IMG/VR virus record: IMGVR_UViG_3300037961_005010 | Coordinates: 1 to 64,000 of that record | Strand: one strand, 5' to 3' | DNA from: a virus | DNA length: 64,000 bases | The notes under the pieces: generated by a model | What the model was told of the DNA's origin: nothing | The model's database searches: none | What the model saw: only the letters and a program-made list of their open reading frames with translations | Position numbers and translations under genes: made by a program | Shown: in pieces, positions 26,832-38,345 of the stretch | Position numbering within the stretch: position 1 is the stretch's first letter | Layout: every line of letters starts with the position of its first letter

Positions 26832-27275
26832 ATGGCTAGAAAAGCTTTTGCTAACGAAGATAAAGATCTAGGAATAAAAAGTTTACTATCCTCTCGTAGT
26901 GTAGACTACAAGGATATAGATCTTTCTTTTAACGTTAAAACATCTGGTGATGTCTATAAAAAAACTCATGCTGCAGCCGTTAAACAAGCTGTAAAAAATT
27001 TAATAATGACTAATTTTTTTGAAAAACCCTTCCAACCTTTCTTTGGAGGAAATATAACAGCTCTTATATTTGAATTATCTAATAATACTACATCTGATGA
27101 AATAAAAGAAAACATTACAAATGCTATTGAATACTATGAACCAAGAGCTAAAATATTAGACATAATAGTAAATGCTAATCCAGACAGTAATACCGTTTCA
27201 GTATCGATACAGTTTAAGGTTGTTAGCACAGAAGAAATAGTAATTCTAGAAACATCAATATCAAGGTTAAGATAA
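26832..27275 (+). CDS. gp25: Baseplate wedge subunit
   Basis: YKDIDLSF, AVKQAVKNL..TN..EKPF.P.FG, YEPRA. Confidence 0.93.
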   Translation: MARKAFANEDKDLGIKSLLSSRSVDYKDIDLSFNVKTSGDVYKKTHAAAVKQAVKNLIMTNFFEKPFQPFFGGNITALIFELSNNTTSDEIKENITNAIEYYEPRAKILDIIVNANPDSNTVSVSIQFKVVSTEEIVILETSISRLR

Positions 27276-27276
27276 A

Positions 27277-29121
27277 ATGGCAACAAATATTACATCAACC
27301 CAACTTGATTTTGGAGGAATAAAAGATAGGCTTAAAGATTATTTAGAAAGTAGAACAGAATTTACTGACTATGACTTTGAAGCTGCAGGTTTATCAAACA
27401 TCTTAGATGTTTTGGCATATAATACACACTTTAATGCTCTAACTGCCAATTTTTCATTAAACGAAGCATTCTTAAATACTGCTCAGCTTAGAAGTTCTGT
27501 AGTAAGTCATGCTGATGTTTTAAGTTTAAACATACGTTCAAAAACATCTTCTCAAGTTGCTTTAAAAGTTTCAGTAGATTTATCATCTGCATCACCTAAA
27601 CCTCCAACAATAACTCTACCAGAAAATAGTACTTTTACTGCTACAGTAGATGGTACTTCCTATTCATTTCATACAGTAGATAGTTATGATGCAGTTGACA
27701 ATGGAAGCGGTCTATATACTTTTAAAAATGATGACGGTGAAGAAGAAGTATTAGCTTATGAAGGTGAAATAGTTAACAAAACATTTTACGTTAGTTCTAC
27801 TGGAGAATACCAAGTCTATATAATTCCAGATCAAAACATAGATACAGCTACAGCAAAAGTTTTTGTATATGACTCTACTACATCTTCAGCGTACACTGAA
27901 TATACAAAAATGTCAGAAGCTATTACAGTAGATGCTAACTCTACATATTATAGATTAAAAGAAGCACCAAACGGTAATTTTGAATTAACTTTTGGTGATG
28001 GAGTTGTTTATGGTAAAGCTCCAACATCTGGACAGAAGATAGTAGTTAGATATGTCAGAACCGCAGGAGATGTAGCAAACGGAGCGAGTTCTCTTGCATC
28101 TACAGAAACTATAACAGTAAATAGTACTGATTACTCTTTAACTGTAACAACTCTTTCTAAATCTGTTGGTGGAGCAGAAAAACAATCAATTGAATCTATT
28201 CGTCAAGAAGCTCCTATAGCTTTTGCCTCACAGCAAAGATTAGTTACGCCTTTAGATTATGAATCACATATTAGATCTAATTACACTACTGTGTCTGGTG
28301 TAAAAGCCTGGAGCGGAGATCAGAATGTACCAATTGATTACGGAAAAATTTATATAAGCTTACAATTTCCAGATACTACAACCGCCTCGACAAAGGCAAC
28401 TGTTCAGAATCAAATACAAACTCAATTAATTGATCCTCTTTCTGTTACATCAGTAACCTCTGAGTTTGTTGATCCAGAAGATGTCTATTTAGAATGTGTT
28501 ACATCATTTAACTATGATCCAGATCTCACAGGTTTAACCGGAGCTAATATGGAATCTAGAGTTAGAAATTTATTGATAGCATATTTTAACACATATTTAA
28601 ACTCGTTTGATAAAGTATTTCGTAGATCTCAAATTCTTGCAGATATCGATGAACTAGATAATGCTATACTGTCATCTAAAATGGATGTTAAGGTGCAAAT
28701 GAGATTATCACCGACTTTTAGTGCTAGTTCTATTTCTTACGACATTAACTTTCCAATGCCAATATCAATTCCTGATGATGTAAATCATATAGTAAAGTCA
28801 GAAAATTACTATAACAGCAATGGTGTATTAGTTTTTGTAAGAAATAAATTAAACACAACTCAGTTAGAGTTAATAAATGCTGCTACTGGTGATGTGATAA
28901 CTAACAATATAGGTTCTTATAATGCTGCAAAAGGAATTGTAAAGTTAGATGATTTTGCTGCTACTTCTGTTCAAAGCGGAAACAGTTATATAAAATTTTC
29001 TGTTACACCTGCAAACCAAGCAGTGGTTAAACCTTTAAGAAATTATATTTTAAAAATAGACCAAGAGAAGATTAAATCAATTGGTTTAAAAGATGATCAA
29101 AATACGAAAGTATCACTGTAA
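27277..29121 (+). CDS. gp6: Baseplate wedge subunit
   Basis: LDF..IK..LK, FTDYDFE, LDVLAYNTH, AQLRSSVVSHA, FGDG..GK, Q.RLVT..DY. Confidence 0.95.
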   Translation: MATNITSTQLDFGGIKDRLKDYLESRTEFTDYDFEAAGLSNILDVLAYNTHFNALTANFSLNEAFLNTAQLRSSVVSHADVLSLNIRSKTSSQVALKVSVDLSSASPKPPTITLPENSTFTATVDGTSYSFHTVDSYDAVDNGSGLYTFKNDDGEEEVLAYEGEIVNKTFYVSSTGEYQVYIIPDQNIDTATAKVFVYDSTTSSAYTEYTKMSEAITVDANSTYYRLKEAPNGNFELTFGDGVVYGKAPTSGQKIVVRYVRTAGDVANGASSLASTETITVNSTDYSLTVTTLSKSVGGAEKQSIESIRQEAPIAFASQQRLVTPLDYESHIRSNYTTVSGVKAWSGDQNVPIDYGKIYISLQFPDTTTASTKATVQNQIQTQLIDPLSVTSVTSEFVDPEDVYLECVTSFNYDPDLTGLTGANMESRVRNLLIAYFNTYLNSFDKVFRRSQILADIDELDNAILSSKMDVKVQMRLSPTFSASSISYDINFPMPISIPDDVNHIVKSENYYNSNGVLVFVRNKLNTTQLELINAATGDVITNNIGSYNAAKGIVKLDDFAATSVQSGNSYIKFSVTPANQAVVKPLRNYILKIDQEKIKSIGLKDDQNTKVSL

Positions 29122-30086
29122 TGAAAACACTTAAGGACCTCAACCGCTTACCCATAGTGGTCAAAAAAAGTTTGGTAAAAGAAGTTTTACCATCTTATTT
29201 TGTAACTGAGTATCCTACTTTAATAACTTTTTTAGACGCTTATTATGATAATTTAGATAGTGATACTAACTTTGGTGATTTGATAAATGATTTAAATACT
29301 ATTAGAGATATAGAAGACAACACATTAAGACAACTTGACTTGATGTTTAAGGAAGTTGGTCTTGGAGTTTCACAAAATCAATTTACTACACCAAGAGAGG
29401 TTATAAGAGACTTCGCTGATTTTTTTAGAGTAAAAGGAACTAAGTTTTCTGCAGAAAGATTTTTTAGAACTTTTTTTAGAGAAGATGTAGAATTAGTATA
29501 TCCTAAAAATAATCTTTTTATAGTAGGCGAATCTGAAATTGGTTTGGATAGTTTGGATGTTTTACAAGATGGAGCTTTACATCAGTTCTTATCTGTGCTT
29601 GTAAAGGCACCAATATCAATAGCAACGTGGGAAAAGCTTTATAGACAATTCGTTCATCCAGCTGGTTTTTATCTAGGGGCAGAAGTTCTTGTGCTTACAG
29701 CACAAACTAATCCCTTAACTGCACCTGATGTAATATTAGATTCTGATGCAGGTAAAGTTGTATATGAAACATCTATAAACTTATTGTCTAACCTAACAGT
29801 AGACAATGATACAACACTTATTCAAACTATGGGTAATACATCATACATAACAGGTGAATCTGATAACGATCAACAATACATTTGGTACAACTTGGAGGGA
29901 CTTTTGGAAACAGATTCTTCATATACCGACAGAAACGCAGATTCAAGTCAAACAATATTTACCGTTAGGATGGAGCCTAACGTGCAAATTAGAGATTATC
30001 GCAATTTGACAATAGATAGTGGAAATCAAACATTTAGTGATATTTATGACGCTGTGCAAGCATCTTATGAACATTATGCAATTTAG
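29121..30086 (+). CDS. Baseplate wedge initiator-like protein (short gp7 homolog)
   Basis: F...YP....FL.AYY, FFRVKGT..S...FFR, FVHPAG; between gp6 and gp8. Confidence 0.65.
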   Translation: MKTLKDLNRLPIVVKKSLVKEVLPSYFVTEYPTLITFLDAYYDNLDSDTNFGDLINDLNTIRDIEDNTLRQLDLMFKEVGLGVSQNQFTTPREVIRDFADFFRVKGTKFSAERFFRTFFREDVELVYPKNNLFIVGESEIGLDSLDVLQDGALHQFLSVLVKAPISIATWEKLYRQFVHPAGFYLGAEVLVLTAQTNPLTAPDVILDSDAGKVVYETSINLLSNLTVDNDTTLIQTMGNTSYITGESDNDQQYIWYNLEGLLETDSSYTDRNADSSQTIFTVRMEPNVQIRDYRNLTIDSGNQTFSDIYDAVQASYEHYAI

Positions 30087-30089
30087 CAT

Positions 30090-30097
30090 TATAAATA
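30090..30097 (+). promoter_or_regulatory. T4-type late promoter
   Basis: TATAAATA upstream of gp8. Confidence 0.75.
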
Positions 30098-30145
30098 ATA
30101 CATAATAAATTGTGATATCACTGCAATTTTAATAGGACAAATAAA

Positions 30146-31504
30146 ATGGTAGCCGTAATAACTGATTTTTTTAAGAAAAGTATAGTACAAGATATCATTG
30201 ATGGTATTAATGATTCTAACGACAACTATTACATTGGTGTCGGTAGATCAGAGTATTGGGATAGTGCTGACAATCCCCCAACACCAGTCAATGATATGAG
30301 AGATATACGTGAATTCAGACAAAGCATGCAAGCAGTTAAAAAGATTCTTTCAACATCTTTTGCTGTAGCGAGAGTAAATTGGACAACTGGTACAACTTAC
30401 AGTCAATATGATGATACACAAGTTGGTCATCCATCTCCAAATTACTACGTTTTAAATCAAAACCATCAGGTTTATGTATGTTTAAGAACTGGAAGAGATG
30501 CGACAGGTGCAACTGTTCCATCTACAGTAGAACCAACTAATTCAAACAATCATGCTTTTGAAACTGCAGATGGTTATGTTTGGAAATTTATTTACACAAT
30601 CTCAGCACTAAGTGCTAATTATTTTCTTTCAGCTAACTATATGCCTGTAACTTATATTGCAGGTGAATTAGACTCAGACGCTACAGGAATTCAATTAAAG
30701 CAAAAAGAAATACAAGATACTGCTATTGGTGGAATGATTACATCAATTGTTGTTACTGACGGTGGATCCGGCTACACATCAAAACCAACAGTAACAATAA
30801 CTGGAAATAGTACTGATAGCGATTTTAACGTAACAGCATTTATAGATTCATCTACAAATACTGTTTCAAAAATAGAATTTGACAATGATTCGTCTACGCT
30901 ATCTTATCCAACAGGATTTGATTTTGCAGAAGTAACCATTACTGGTGGTGGTGGATCTGGCGCACAGGCAAGGCCTATTTTATCAGACCACAACGGAATA
31001 GGTCATGACGCAAGATCAGATCTAAAAGCTAATGGACTAATGTTGCACACTAAAACTGCTGGTAACCTGGATGATTTTATAATCTTACAAGATTTTCGTC
31101 AAATAGGTATTATCAAGAATCCTAAAAAGGGCGATGGTTCAGATTCAGATTTAACTGCAGAAACAGCAAATGCTCTTAAGTCAATGAGAATTGATCCAAT
31201 AACTTTAGCTTTTAATTCTGACAATGTTATCATAGGTGGAACCACTGGCGTAAAAGCTTGGGTAGATGAAGTAGATTCAGATATTCTTTACTATCACCAA
31301 AATGATTCTACAGGTTATGGATCTTTTCAAGTAGGAGAAACATTAACAGAATCAGATGGAACTGGAGATGGAACTATCGCTCAATTAATAGATAGCTCTG
31401 AGGTTGATCCATTTTCAGGTGAAGTTTTATACATCGATAATAGAACAGCTGTTGCTAGAACAGCAAATCAAACAGAAGATATTAAAATAATTCTTCAATT
31501 ATAA
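30146..31504 (+). CDS. gp8: Baseplate wedge subunit
   Basis: YYIG.GR...W, R.NWT.GT.Y..YDD, VY.CL, DGYVWKF.YT, FRQIGII.NP, SGE.LYIDNR, Q.EDIKIIL. Confidence 0.9.
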   Translation: MVAVITDFFKKSIVQDIIDGINDSNDNYYIGVGRSEYWDSADNPPTPVNDMRDIREFRQSMQAVKKILSTSFAVARVNWTTGTTYSQYDDTQVGHPSPNYYVLNQNHQVYVCLRTGRDATGATVPSTVEPTNSNNHAFETADGYVWKFIYTISALSANYFLSANYMPVTYIAGELDSDATGIQLKQKEIQDTAIGGMITSIVVTDGGSGYTSKPTVTITGNSTDSDFNVTAFIDSSTNTVSKIEFDNDSSTLSYPTGFDFAEVTITGGGGSGAQARPILSDHNGIGHDARSDLKANGLMLHTKTAGNLDDFIILQDFRQIGIIKNPKKGDGSDSDLTAETANALKSMRIDPITLAFNSDNVIIGGTTGVKAWVDEVDSDILYYHQNDSTGYGSFQVGETLTESDGTGDGTIAQLIDSSEVDPFSGEVLYIDNRTAVARTANQTEDIKIILQL

Positions 31505-31517
31505 GAGTAGATAAAAA

Positions 31518-34500
31518 ATGACAATTACGTATACCGAAAATATTTTTGAAACTCGATACAGAGACGATTACGCTGACAGTGATAACTTTCACCGCATTCT
31601 CTTCAATAAAGGGAAAGCTCTTCAAGCTCGTGAACTTACACAGTTACAAACTATCATACAAAAACAAATTGAAAGATTCGGGCGTAATATTTTTAAAGAA
31701 GGTGCTACAGTTATTCCTGGTGGAATAACATTAAATGATTACTATGAGTTTGTAAAACTAGATACTACATCTTATTCACTTCCATCTGATGGATCTATAG
31801 ATTCTGAAACATTTTTAGGTCAAACATCAGGTGTTAGAGTAAAAGTAATTGAAACTCAAGCTATAAGCGGGAGCGATCCAGCTACGCTATATGTATCCTA
31901 TACAAACACATTAAATGCTACCACTGGAGCTGATCCTATACGTTTAACTCCAGGTGAAGATATAGTAGGAATAAACACTGGTACAGTGCTTACTGTACAA
32001 ACAACAAATACTAGTTCTAATCCTGCCGTTGGTAAAGCAGTACGCTTTTCAGTAGGTCAAGGTTTCTACTTTGTAAATGGATTTTTTGTACAATCTCAAG
32101 CTCAGTCAATAGTATTATCAAAGTATTCGCCAACTGTTACAGTTGAAGTTGGATTTAAGGTAACACAGGACATTGTTACAGTTGATGATGATCAAAGTCT
32201 ATACGATAATTCTGGTGCTTTACCTAACACTACAGCAGCCGGTGCTGACAGATATAGAATAACATTAACTCTTACAACAAAAGATCTGATTGATTCAGAT
32301 GACACTTTTGTATATCTTGCTAAAATAAGAAATTCAGAAGTATTAGAAGCCGTGACTGGTTTCGATCAGTATGAAAAAATAAACGACTTATTAGCATTAA
32401 GAACTAAAGAAGAATCTGGTAATTATTTAGTAAGACCATTTAAGATATCATATGATTCAGATGATTCTGATGGAAGCATTCTTAAATTAAAAGTTAGTGA
32501 AGGTACCGCATACGTAAATGGCTATAGAGCTCATAGAGATATTCAGACAGTATTAGATGTAAATAGAGCTAGAGATACTTTAACTATAGAAAATGAAGTA
32601 GTGGCTGCAGACTATGGAAATTACGTTGTAGTTAATAACTTACTAGGGATACCTAACTATAGTTTAAATGATGAGTTAAACTTAAGAGATGACGCTACAT
32701 ATGGAACAGGCACAGATATAGGTACTGCTAGAGTAAGAGCAGTTGATGCTAATGCTGATGGCACATATAAAATATATCTTTTTAAAATAGAAATGAATGA
32801 TGGTTTTTATTTTAGGGATATACGATCAATTGGTAAATCTACAACTGATAACGCCCAGCTAGTTTTAGAAAACGGCGTGCCAGTTTTACAAGAAGCCGAT
32901 AAGAATATTCTATTGTTTAAATTGCCAAATGGTCGTCCTTCTAACATGACTGATGTTTCATTTCAAGTTCAAAGAAAATTCTTAGCAACAACTGATTCAG
33001 CTGGAACCTTGGGTCTATCTTTGTCAGGAATTGGAGAAACATTTTCCAATACATCAGATTGGATTGTAGCAGTTGACTCTAGTGGATCGATTGTAACTCC
33101 TACTATTTCTGGATCAGGTACAACTTCTGCTACTGTATCAGGTGCACCAACTAATACACAATTAGAATTTTTAGCTTATGTAAACAAAAGTCAAGCTTCA
33201 CAAAGAAATAAGACTGCAGATGAAACAATAGCTCTTGGTGCAATAGAGTCTGATGGATCTGGAATTGAATACGTTGACTTAGGAGTTGTAGATGTATATG
33301 ATTATGAATATATAAGAGCAGATTCAGCAGCAGGTCCTGATATATCTCATAAATTTAACTTAGACGGTGGACAAAATGATGCCTTTTATGATATCGGTCG
33401 ACTAGTTCTAAAATCTGGACAAACTGTTTCTGGTAACGTAGCCTATAAGATAAACCACTTTTTACACAGCGTATCAGGTGATTTCTTCAGCATCAATTCA
33501 TATTCAAGCATAAATTATGCAGACATACCAAAACATACATTAAAAGATGGAACAGAAGTAGATATAAGAGATTATATTGATTTTAGACCAACTATTAACT
33601 CAGCAGGAACTTTTACAGGTTCTACTGCTAGAGTAAATGAGTTATTAAAACCAACTGATCTTGTAACTGCAGACGTGACTTATTATCTTCCAAGGTTTGA
33701 TAAAATCATTATAGATGAACAAGGGATTATATCAGTACTTGAAGGTGTATCTTCACTAGAGCCTAAGTTTAAAGAAGTTCCAGACAATGCTTTAGAACTT
33801 TATAGAGTTAAAATGAATCCATACACTGATACTGAAAGTGATATGAGTTTTCAATTTATCGAAAACAAAGGCTACACTATGTCTGATATTGGTAAAATTG
33901 AAAAAAGAGTTGATCAGTTAGAAGAAGTTACTGCTTTAACACTGTTAGAATTAGATACAAATAGTTTAGAAGTATTAGATTCAGCTGGTAGTAACAGAAC
34001 AAAATCAGGATTTTTAGTAGATAATTTTGCAGATCACTATCATTCTGCTACAACATCTCAAGAATATAAAGCATCTATAAATCCACAGGATAAAACATTA
34101 CACCCTTCATTTGTAGAAAAGAACGTAGGTTTAGTTTATGATTCAGACAACTCTACAAACACTATAATTAAAGGTGACAATGTTTACATCAAATATGATC
34201 AAGAATCTTATATCCTGCAAGATCAAGTTTCAAGGACTGAAAATGTAAATCCATTTGCAGCAATACAGTTCAACGGAACAGTGATGCTATCTCCTTCTTC
34301 AGATGAGTGGAGAGATACTCAAAGAGCTGCAGATAGAGTTATTCAAGGTGGAACTAGACTTGATACGAATCAAGAACTTTTAAGAGAATCAATAAAATGG
34401 AATTGGAATGGAGTCGATCAAAACGGAACTGCTGTCGAAAGAGTTGTTACAAGTGAAACAATACGACAAGTTGTTGATGATAGAGTTATAGATGTAGCAG

Positions 34501-36470
34501 TAATACCATTTATGAGATCTAGAAAAGTCTTCTTCGAAGCATATGGTTTAAGACCCAATACTAAAATGATTCCTTTCTTTGATGAAGTAGATGTTTCATC
34601 TTGGTGTAAAAATGAAAGCTTTCAAAACATAAATTCAGGAAGAACTGAATATGGAAATACTCAAGCTAATGCTACTAGCCACCCTGACGGATCATCTAGT
34701 TTAACTTCAGATGCTGCAGGCAGATTAACTGGTTCATTCTTCATACCAAACACATCAGCTGTAAGATTTAGAACTGGTGTTAGAGAATTTACACTATTAG
34801 ACATCACTGCATACGATCCAAACAATGCAACAACTGTAGCTACTGCAGTATTTTCTGCTGAAGGTGCTATAAACACTAAGCAAAGAACAATTGTGTCTAC
34901 TAGGAGACCTCAACCTCCAAGACCACCTGCAAGAAATAGAAGAACAGATCCTTTAGCTCAATCATTTATGGTCCATGAGGATGACGGTCTATTTGCAACA
35001 AAGATAAGATTGTATTTTTCAAGTAAGTCAGATACACTTCCAGTTTGGATTCAGCTAAGGCCAATGGTCAATGGACATCCTTCATCTGATCAAGTTATTC
35101 CTGGTTCTACTAAAATATTGAATCCTTCTTCAGTAAATATCTCATCTGACGCTTCAGTTGCAACCGACTTTGAGTTTGATGAGCCTATTTTCTTGAGCCC
35201 TAACACTGAATACGCAGTAATAATACTAACAGATAACACTGACTATAATGTGTTTACTTCTAAGATGGGAGACTTTGTATTAAATTCTACAACAAAAAGA
35301 ATTACTAAACAACCATTCTTAGGATCTTTCTTTAAATCACAAAACGCTGCGACTTGGTCACCTGCTCAAGATGAAGATTTAGTATTTGAACTATTTAGAG
35401 CTGATTTCTCAACCACTGCTGCAGAAGCATACTTTGAGAATAGTTCACTGCCAAACAAATTATTAGGGATAGATCCTATAACAACTACAGGATCATCTGC
35501 AGTAATAAAAGTTGCACATAAAGATAATGGCTTTGTTGTAGGTGATGAGGTAACTATATCAGGTGTATCAGGAACAATAGGTGGGATTGCTGCAGCTGCA
35601 ATGAATGGAACAAAAACTATAACAGCTGTTGATGGTGAAGGATATACGTTTAATCATGGATCAAACGCTTCATCAACTCAAACCGGAGGAGGCTCGGCTG
35701 TGCTAGCTTCTGAAAATGCTATGGTTGATGTTCTATATCCATATATCGAAACACTAACACCTACAAAAACTTCTCTTCTATTCAATGGTAAGTTTCATAG
35801 CGGTAAATCATTAGCTGGTAGCGAAACACCATACGTTGAAGATGTAGCTCAAACAGCATTAAGTAATAAGGAAGAAAATTACTTTCAACGACCTAAGGTT
35901 GTAGCTAACTCTGCTAAAGAAACATCATTAGGCACATCTACTGCTAAGATATATGTTGATATGACAACTACAAATTCTTACGTCTCGCCTGTTCTAGATT
36001 TACAGAGAGCCTCGCTGGCACTAGTAAATAATAGAATTGATAAACAGGCTTCGGCAACTGCAACAGGATTTAACGTTCCTATTGATTATATAGCAGAAAC
36101 AGATACTAACCAAGGTAGTCACATTTCAAAACATGTAACTAAACCTGTAACACTTGTAAATGATGCTGTAGGATTAAAAGTTCTTATTGGTGCTAATAGA
36201 CCATCAACTGCAGATTTTCAAGTATATTATAAAACATTAGTAGATGATTCTAAATTAGATGATACTAATTGGGTTTTAGCAACAAGAGAAAGTGAAGTGC
36301 CAAGTGACGAAGATAGATCAATATTTAGAGATTATAGATACTTGATAGGTGGACAAGGTGGAGCTTTAAATCCTTTTAATACCTTTCAAATAAAAATAGT
36401 TTTTAGATCTACTAACTCTTCTAAGGTTGCAACTATCAAAGATTTGAGAGTAATTGCTCTAGGTGTATAA
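31518..36470 (+). CDS. Large virion structural protein, VrlC-like (DUF4815)
   Basis: Y.DD......FHRILF..G.ALQARELTQLQ, GADR, RT.EESGNY, YYLPR.D, YTM.DIGK.E.R, GF.VDNF, DPLAQSF, GSFFKSQN..TW, DLRVIAL. Confidence 0.9.
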   Translation: MTITYTENIFETRYRDDYADSDNFHRILFNKGKALQARELTQLQTIIQKQIERFGRNIFKEGATVIPGGITLNDYYEFVKLDTTSYSLPSDGSIDSETFLGQTSGVRVKVIETQAISGSDPATLYVSYTNTLNATTGADPIRLTPGEDIVGINTGTVLTVQTTNTSSNPAVGKAVRFSVGQGFYFVNGFFVQSQAQSIVLSKYSPTVTVEVGFKVTQDIVTVDDDQSLYDNSGALPNTTAAGADRYRITLTLTTKDLIDSDDTFVYLAKIRNSEVLEAVTGFDQYEKINDLLALRTKEESGNYLVRPFKISYDSDDSDGSILKLKVSEGTAYVNGYRAHRDIQTVLDVNRARDTLTIENEVVAADYGNYVVVNNLLGIPNYSLNDELNLRDDATYGTGTDIGTARVRAVDANADGTYKIYLFKIEMNDGFYFRDIRSIGKSTTDNAQLVLENGVPVLQEADKNILLFKLPNGRPSNMTDVSFQVQRKFLATTDSAGTLGLSLSGIGETFSNTSDWIVAVDSSGSIVTPTISGSGTTSATVSGAPTNTQLEFLAYVNKSQASQRNKTADETIALGAIESDGSGIEYVDLGVVDVYDYEYIRADSAAGPDISHKFNLDGGQNDAFYDIGRLVLKSGQTVSGNVAYKINHFLHSVSGDFFSINSYSSINYADIPKHTLKDGTEVDIRDYIDFRPTINSAGTFTGSTARVNELLKPTDLVTADVTYYLPRFDKIIIDEQGIISVLEGVSSLEPKFKEVPDNALELYRVKMNPYTDTESDMSFQFIENKGYTMSDIGKIEKRVDQLEEVTALTLLELDTNSLEVLDSAGSNRTKSGFLVDNFADHYHSATTSQEYKASINPQDKTLHPSFVEKNVGLVYDSDNSTNTIIKGDNVYIKYDQESYILQDQVSRTENVNPFAAIQFNGTVMLSPSSDEWRDTQRAADRVIQGGTRLDTNQELLRESIKWNWNGVDQNGTAVERVVTSETIRQVVDDRVIDVAVIPFMRSRKVFFEAYGLRPNTKMIPFFDEVDVSSWCKNESFQNINSGRTEYGNTQANATSHPDGSSSLTSDAAGRLTGSFFIPNTSAVRFRTGVREFTLLDITAYDPNNATTVATAVFSAEGAINTKQRTIVSTRRPQPPRPPARNRRTDPLAQSFMVHEDDGLFATKIRLYFSSKSDTLPVWIQLRPMVNGHPSSDQVIPGSTKILNPSSVNISSDASVATDFEFDEPIFLSPNTEYAVIILTDNTDYNVFTSKMGDFVLNSTTKRITKQPFLGSFFKSQNAATWSPAQDEDLVFELFRADFSTTAAEAYFENSSLPNKLLGIDPITTTGSSAVIKVAHKDNGFVVGDEVTISGVSGTIGGIAAAAMNGTKTITAVDGEGYTFNHGSNASSTQTGGGSAVLASENAMVDVLYPYIETLTPTKTSLLFNGKFHSGKSLAGSETPYVEDVAQTALSNKEENYFQRPKVVANSAKETSLGTSTAKIYVDMTTTNSYVSPVLDLQRASLALVNNRIDKQASATATGFNVPIDYIAETDTNQGSHISKHVTKPVTLVNDAVGLKVLIGANRPSTADFQVYYKTLVDDSKLDDTNWVLATRESEVPSDEDRSIFRDYRYLIGGQGGALNPFNTFQIKIVFRSTNSSKVATIKDLRVIALGV

Positions 36471-36676
36471 TGAAGTATATTAGTGTTGAAGGTCATTCTG
36501 ATCTTGTAAAAGATAAAAGAACAGGTGCCATATTGAATATTAATGCTGATTTTGAACAATTAAGGAAAAACAAACAAAAACGTAAACAGCAAGAACATGA
36601 GTTTGAAAAACTAAAAGATGATGTTAATCAGATGAAAGTTATGCTGGAACTAATAGCTAAGAAGATGGAAATCTAA
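36470..36676 (+). CDS. Small conserved hypothetical protein following VrlC
   Basis: VEGH..LV.D..TGAILN plus coiled coil. Confidence 0.75.
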   Translation: MKYISVEGHSDLVKDKRTGAILNINADFEQLRKNKQKRKQQEHEFEKLKDDVNQMKVMLELIAKKMEI

Positions 36677-36933
36677 TGGGTAGAAAAATTTATGTAGACT
36701 TAAGCGATACTTTTGACGCTCAAAGAGAAAAAATTAATATTTTATCTACTAACGTCGGTGACTTAGATAATTTAATTGTGCCATCAAATCAAGATTCTGA
36801 TTTAGTGGAAGCAATAAACTGGGTTTATAATAACGCCGTTGGAACAGAAGTTCGATCAGTATCTCTAAAACTCATAAACTCTTCAGGAACTGTAGTTAAA
36901 GAAATATTTGGTTTTGATTCTGCCGGAGCGTAA
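36676..36933 (+). CDS. Small virion/fibre protein
   Basis: DTFD..R.K.N, VGDL..L, DLV.AIN; C-terminal LKLINSSGTVVKEIFG. Confidence 0.6.
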   Translation: MGRKIYVDLSDTFDAQREKINILSTNVGDLDNLIVPSNQDSDLVEAINWVYNNAVGTEVRSVSLKLINSSGTVVKEIFGFDSAGA

Positions 36934-36938
36934 AGGTC

Positions 36939-37877
36939 ATGGCAGTTCGTAAACCATTAAAAATAAACTCTCAAAACGACCTAGAGGAAATGTCTACCGC
37001 TGAGATCGATGCAATCAAAGCGCGGATGATCTCGTTATGGGGTGCTAATCCTACAGTAACTCTTTCAGTAGTTGGTTCAGGTGGAAATCTTGGAACAATA
37101 ACAGATGAAAGATTATTAGCAGGACGTATAACTAAATCTTCTACTCCTGGTTTACCAAACACCGAAGTTTCTGTTCACACGATTGCATATTCTAGAATAG
37201 AGCAAACTGTAGATAGTTCTGTAACTCCATGTATTGATACTGATAACAGAGCGTATCCAGTTTACATGACTGATAGCGGGCATGTTAGATCCATGAACGA
37301 TTCTGATTTTCAAGATACATTTGTAAAGCCTGTTATAAACACATTAACATCTTCATCGATAACTCCAGAAGGTCAGGCTGGAACTTACTTCATAGCTTCA
37401 ACAAACTTAGCTTTAGATGCGGATTTAGTTTCATCAATTCCTGTTTTTGTAGATACTTTGGCCGATGCAGATGCTTTTACATCTGGTCCTATTGCAGAAG
37501 ATAGTGATCAGTTTATTATAGTAAATAGTTATTACTTACATAAATTAAGAACAGAACCTTTAACTAACTATGAAAATTTTGTTTTAATCGATAGCGATAA
37601 TCATTTAAGAGAAATGAATGATAGTGATAACGATCAACTAATGAATCACTGTCTCAAGTGGGCTACAGTTAGTTTACAAAATAATAAATTAAGATACTCA
37701 TACACTTCAGGAAATAGCCGCGGAACTGCGATGATAGATACTATATTGGATTCTGATAATGCAGTAATTAGAGAAGGCGAAGTATTAAATGAATATGCTG
37801 GTTATGATTATCAACAAGTTCCTGCAGGCGACCCAATAGTAAATCAAACACATTATTTGAGGATTGATAAAGTTTAA
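36939..37877 (+). CDS. Virion structural protein, paralog of 43930-44874
   Basis: MAVRKPLK start, GGNLGTITD.R, QAGTYFI, PVF.DT.AD, RYS.TSG..RG..M.DT. Confidence 0.7.
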   Translation: MAVRKPLKINSQNDLEEMSTAEIDAIKARMISLWGANPTVTLSVVGSGGNLGTITDERLLAGRITKSSTPGLPNTEVSVHTIAYSRIEQTVDSSVTPCIDTDNRAYPVYMTDSGHVRSMNDSDFQDTFVKPVINTLTSSSITPEGQAGTYFIASTNLALDADLVSSIPVFVDTLADADAFTSGPIAEDSDQFIIVNSYYLHKLRTEPLTNYENFVLIDSDNHLREMNDSDNDQLMNHCLKWATVSLQNNKLRYSYTSGNSRGTAMIDTILDSDNAVIREGEVLNEYAGYDYQQVPAGDPIVNQTHYLRIDKV

Positions 37878-37883
37878 TATATA

Positions 37884-38330
37884 ATGGCAATTTTTAGTAA
37901 TAAGATTATGAGTGTCAGATTTTTTGACGCTCAACAAACAATTATAGAAGTCCTTTATAAAGAAGGCGATCAAACCGTAGCATACGCTTTAGAAGTAGAT
38001 TGGGAATCTCAAGATTTTCATGACTTACTAGAAGAATATAGTTTAGAAGATATTGAAAGAGCTACTATAAAGAAGCGTAAAGCAAAAGTAGAAAAAAGAA
38101 AAAAAGAACAGAAACCGGTTGAGAAAAAAATAATATATGAAACATCTCAACTTTTCAACTGTTTAAATTTTTTAGATCAAAGATTTGATCCTGGTATCGT
38201 GTTTCAAATAAAAGCAGATATATTTAGAATACGCGGTATGACACAACTTCCAAAAAGTAAGATAAATAAAATTAAGAAAAGCAATGATGCATTAGAATTA
38301 ATGTATCTTTTGAAATTAGCTATGAACTAA
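37884..38330 (+). CDS. Hypothetical protein
   Basis: Full ORF between structural and enzyme genes. Confidence 0.65.
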   Translation: MAIFSNKIMSVRFFDAQQTIIEVLYKEGDQTVAYALEVDWESQDFHDLLEEYSLEDIERATIKKRKAKVEKRKKEQKPVEKKIIYETSQLFNCLNFLDQRFDPGIVFQIKADIFRIRGMTQLPKSKINKIKKSNDALELMYLLKLAMN

Positions 38331-38345
38331 AATACAGGATTTGTT